Source: Candidatus Saccharimonadota bacterium
GTDB taxonomy: Bacteria > Patescibacteriota > Gracilibacteria > UBA4473
Direction of reading: 5' to 3'
Length of the DNA stretch: 32,000 nucleotides
Assembly (NCBI GenBank): GCA_963677105.1
Contig: OY781871.1
Location: 870,001 to 902,000 of the forward strand
Shown in pieces: positions 31,954-32,000 of the stretch (positions are counted from its first letter, which is position 1; the number at the start of each line of letters is the position of its first letter). The notes under the pieces were generated by a model, which worked only from the letters and a program-made list of their open reading frames with translations, was not told where the DNA came from and ran no database searches. The position numbers and the translations under genes were made by a program.

Positions 31954-32000
31954 TTTTGTGCTTCCTCGTCTGAGCGCATTTTATCTTGATTTTTTCCCAG
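31950..32000 (-). CDS. 3' end of an upstream gene, truncated by the window edge. It may be the ybaB/ebfC-type gene that usually precedes recR.
   Basis: An open minus-strand frame ends ...LGKNQDKMRSDEEAQK-TGA, and the stop overlaps the recR ATG (ATGA). The identity is inferred only from the common ybaB-recR synteny, not from sequence. Confidence 0.3.
   Translation of the reverse strand: MGKNQDKMRSDEEAQK

Noticed and set aside
1-32000. I considered an alternative genetic code (UGA recoded, as in some candidate phyla), given the low GC and orphan-rich content.
   Set aside because: Conserved proteins (pyrG, leuS, folD, recR, nrnA) are full length under the standard code. Several well-defined genes terminate at TGA, including the ATGA overlaps at 23527, 26303 and 30449.

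Overview
This is a low-GC (mid-30s % by my hand counts), very gene-dense bacterial chromosome segment that reads cleanly with the standard code: TGA acts as a stop and conserved proteins are full length. I call about 36 protein genes, one tRNA and no rRNA. I saw no CRISPR array, transposase or integrase.

The recognisable core is:
- Nucleotide, folate and information processing: folD, tmk, folP, pyrG, leuS, recR, an NrnA-type DHH phosphoesterase and an MGMT-type alkyltransferase.
- Transport: two MscS channels, a Kv-like K+ channel and a SemiSWEET.
- Other conserved families: YigZ/IMPACT, SIMPL/DUF541, a GT2 glycosyltransferase and a YdeN/RBBP9-type serine hydrolase.
- Envelope proteins: an SLH-repeat protein, a 3D + 3x PG-binding protein, a lipobox lipoprotein and an Lgt-like membrane protein.

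Tiny spacers, 1-8 nt gene overlaps (mostly 4-nt ATGA/GTGA), mostly Shine-Dalgarno-less starts and many orphan membrane proteins fit a reduced-genome lineage. CPR/Patescibacteria-like is only a guess.

I did not find an obvious multi-gene novel system such as a defence or secretion locus. The most unusual signals are non-coding or architectural:
1. tRNA-Leu(CAA) is followed by two decayed copies of its own 3' part, each interrupted inside the T-loop.
2. An exact 11-mer, CAAAGTACAAA, and its longer A-rich context recur at six intergenic sites, always in the same orientation and mostly right after stop codons.
3. A 96-nt multi-segment hairpin sits in an unusually long divergent spacer, next to a micro-operon that encodes a 37-aa Cys-rich cationic peptide.
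4. A consensus promoter, an 11-bp-closed structured leader and a perfect SD precede a GC-rich orphan gene.
5. A stand-alone half-size CarB carries CAD-like motifs.
6. An edge-truncated giant protein has a glycine-zipper core.

All functional calls come from motif recognition by eye. No searches were run.
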